Virus record (IMG/VR): IMGVR_UViG_3300017913_000587 | Location: 1-25,071 of that record | Reading direction: 5' to 3' (one strand) | From: a virus | Taxonomy: Duplodnaviria; Caudoviricetes | DNA: 25,071 nucleotides | Part shown: positions 24,996 to 25,071 of the stretch, piece after piece | How the letters are laid out: each line of letters begins with the position of its first letter | How positions within the stretch are numbered: position 1 is the stretch's first letter | Program-made: the position numbers and the translations under genes | The notes under the pieces: generated by a model | Database searches by the model: none | What the model was told of the DNA's origin: nothing | Seen by the model: the letters and a program-made list of their open reading frames with translations, nothing else

Positions 24996-25071
24996 ATGAC
25001 AGAGAAGACAAGCTACAACGTACTAGCACTGCGTGGTGCTGACGTAGATGATATGGATTATGTAGAGCAGT
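24996..25071 (+). CDS. Hypothetical protein (partial, runs off the window)
   Basis: RBS AAGGAG; MTEKTSYNVLALRGADVDDMDYVEQ... Confidence 0.7.
   Translation, partial: MTEKTSYNVLALRGADVDDMDYVEQ

Noticed and set aside
1-25071. tRNAs, integrase, introns/inteins or stop-codon recoding
   Set aside because: No cloverleaf or integrase motifs were seen, core enzymes are uninterrupted and compact, and TAA, TAG and TGA all act as stops.

Overview
About 25 kb of a lytic, podovirus-like dsDNA phage genome with two divergent arms. The minus-strand arm (1-7397) is the head module: terminase large subunit, portal, scaffold, SU10/DUF5309-type major capsid protein and small genes. A repeat-rich non-coding gap (7398-7790) probably contains the physical genome-end junction. 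The plus-strand arm holds many small early genes (SSB, GP88-like protein, small membrane proteins), then a displaced terminase small subunit-like gene, EndoVII, DUF3310 kinase, DNA polymerase A, 5'-3' exonuclease, RusA, nrdB/nrdA, a MazG-like pyrophosphatase, a T7-like primase-helicase and a short (694 aa) T7-superfamily RNA polymerase. The strongest unexplained signals are: (1) a 20-bp intergenic element GCTCGCCGCAAGCGGCTCGC in four co-oriented copies with a compensatory base change in its palindrome, a candidate hairpin promoter for the short RNAP; (2) a structured, pseudoknot-capable non-coding stretch right after terL that displays an 11-nt exact complement of terL's own ribosome-binding site; (3) paired Glu->Gln and Tyr->Phe changes in the PolA nucleotide-binding pocket; (4) near-complete codon-level avoidance of GCWGC and CCWGG. 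All calls come from reading motifs by eye; no searches or folding programs were run.
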